A stretch of DNA of 64,000 bases from NCBI RefSeq assembly GCF_004010195.1, contig NC_057719.1, positions 85,380,923-85,444,922 of the forward strand. Direction: 5' to 3'. The notes under the pieces are model-generated. The model made no database searches, was not told the origin of the DNA, and saw only the letters and a program-made list of their open reading frames with translations. The DNA comes from Chiloscyllium plagiosum. Taxonomy: Eukaryota. Numbering within the stretch: the stretch's first letter is position 1; each line of letters starts with the position of its first letter. Shown piece by piece: positions 63,575-64,000 of the stretch. The position numbers were made by a program, and so were the translations under genes.

Positions 63575-63680
63575 TGCAAACTCTGAGGAAGGGTCGCTGG
63601 ACCTGAAATGTTAACTGTTATTTCTCTCCACAGATGCTGCCAGACCTGCTGAGCTTTTGCAGCAATTTGTTTTTGTTGTC
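63575..63680 (+). mobile_element. Penelope-derived family B terminal repeat with hammerhead core
   Basis: CTGAGGA-A-GGGTC-GCTG-GACCT-GAAA-TGTT-AACT at 63583-63616, then CTCCACAGATGCTGCCAGACCTGCTGAG. Relatives occur at about 2465, 15140, 20590, 26570, 32710, 40290 and 62890. Confidence 0.75.
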
Positions 63681-64000
63681 ATAAATATTCTCTGACAGAG
63701 TGATGCAAGTTGAAGCTGTGAGCTGTTTAAGGCTGCCTATACAAAAACTTCATCCAGACTAATAGTACAACCGTCTATACACTGAATTGGAAAATCATGC
63801 CTTTTTTTTATATACTCATCAGATTAGTTAAAAAACATTAAATGAAATATCACCAGTTTGAAATGATCAGGCTTCTTCACTTCAGGAGTCCATAGAAAAG
63901 CAATCATCGTGATAACCTTCAGTTGTCAAGTTTCTCCTTAACTCTGATGACTCCAACCAGAACGTTATGGTTGAATTTGCCGAGGTGTCCCATAATACCA

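Overview
Repeat-rich vertebrate genomic DNA, most likely an elasmobranch (inferred from HE1-type V-SINEs and abundant CR1 LINEs). Two genes sit head-to-head on a CpG-rich bidirectional promoter near 60.5-61.1 kb. DNAJC17 runs on the minus strand: coding exons 1-4 at 60537-60463, 16469-16400, 3839-3781 and 1040-953 give a complete J-domain with the HPD motif, and intron 1 is about 44 kb. ZFYVE19 starts on the plus strand with a coding exon at 61081-61134 that appears to end in a GC donor. Almost all other ORFs in the track are decayed transposons. These include nested CR1 LINEs, L2 and Tx1-like LINE remnants, HE1 and Deu-type SINEs, a Tc1/mariner-like MITE pair, and an internally deleted SCAN-bearing Gmr1-like LTR retrotransposon. 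The most unusual signal is at least four Penelope-like families whose terminal repeats carry minimal type I hammerhead-ribozyme motifs (about 15 intact or decayed copies). Several are short fold-back inserts with target-site duplications. Transposon boundaries were read by eye and are approximate, and no database searches were run.
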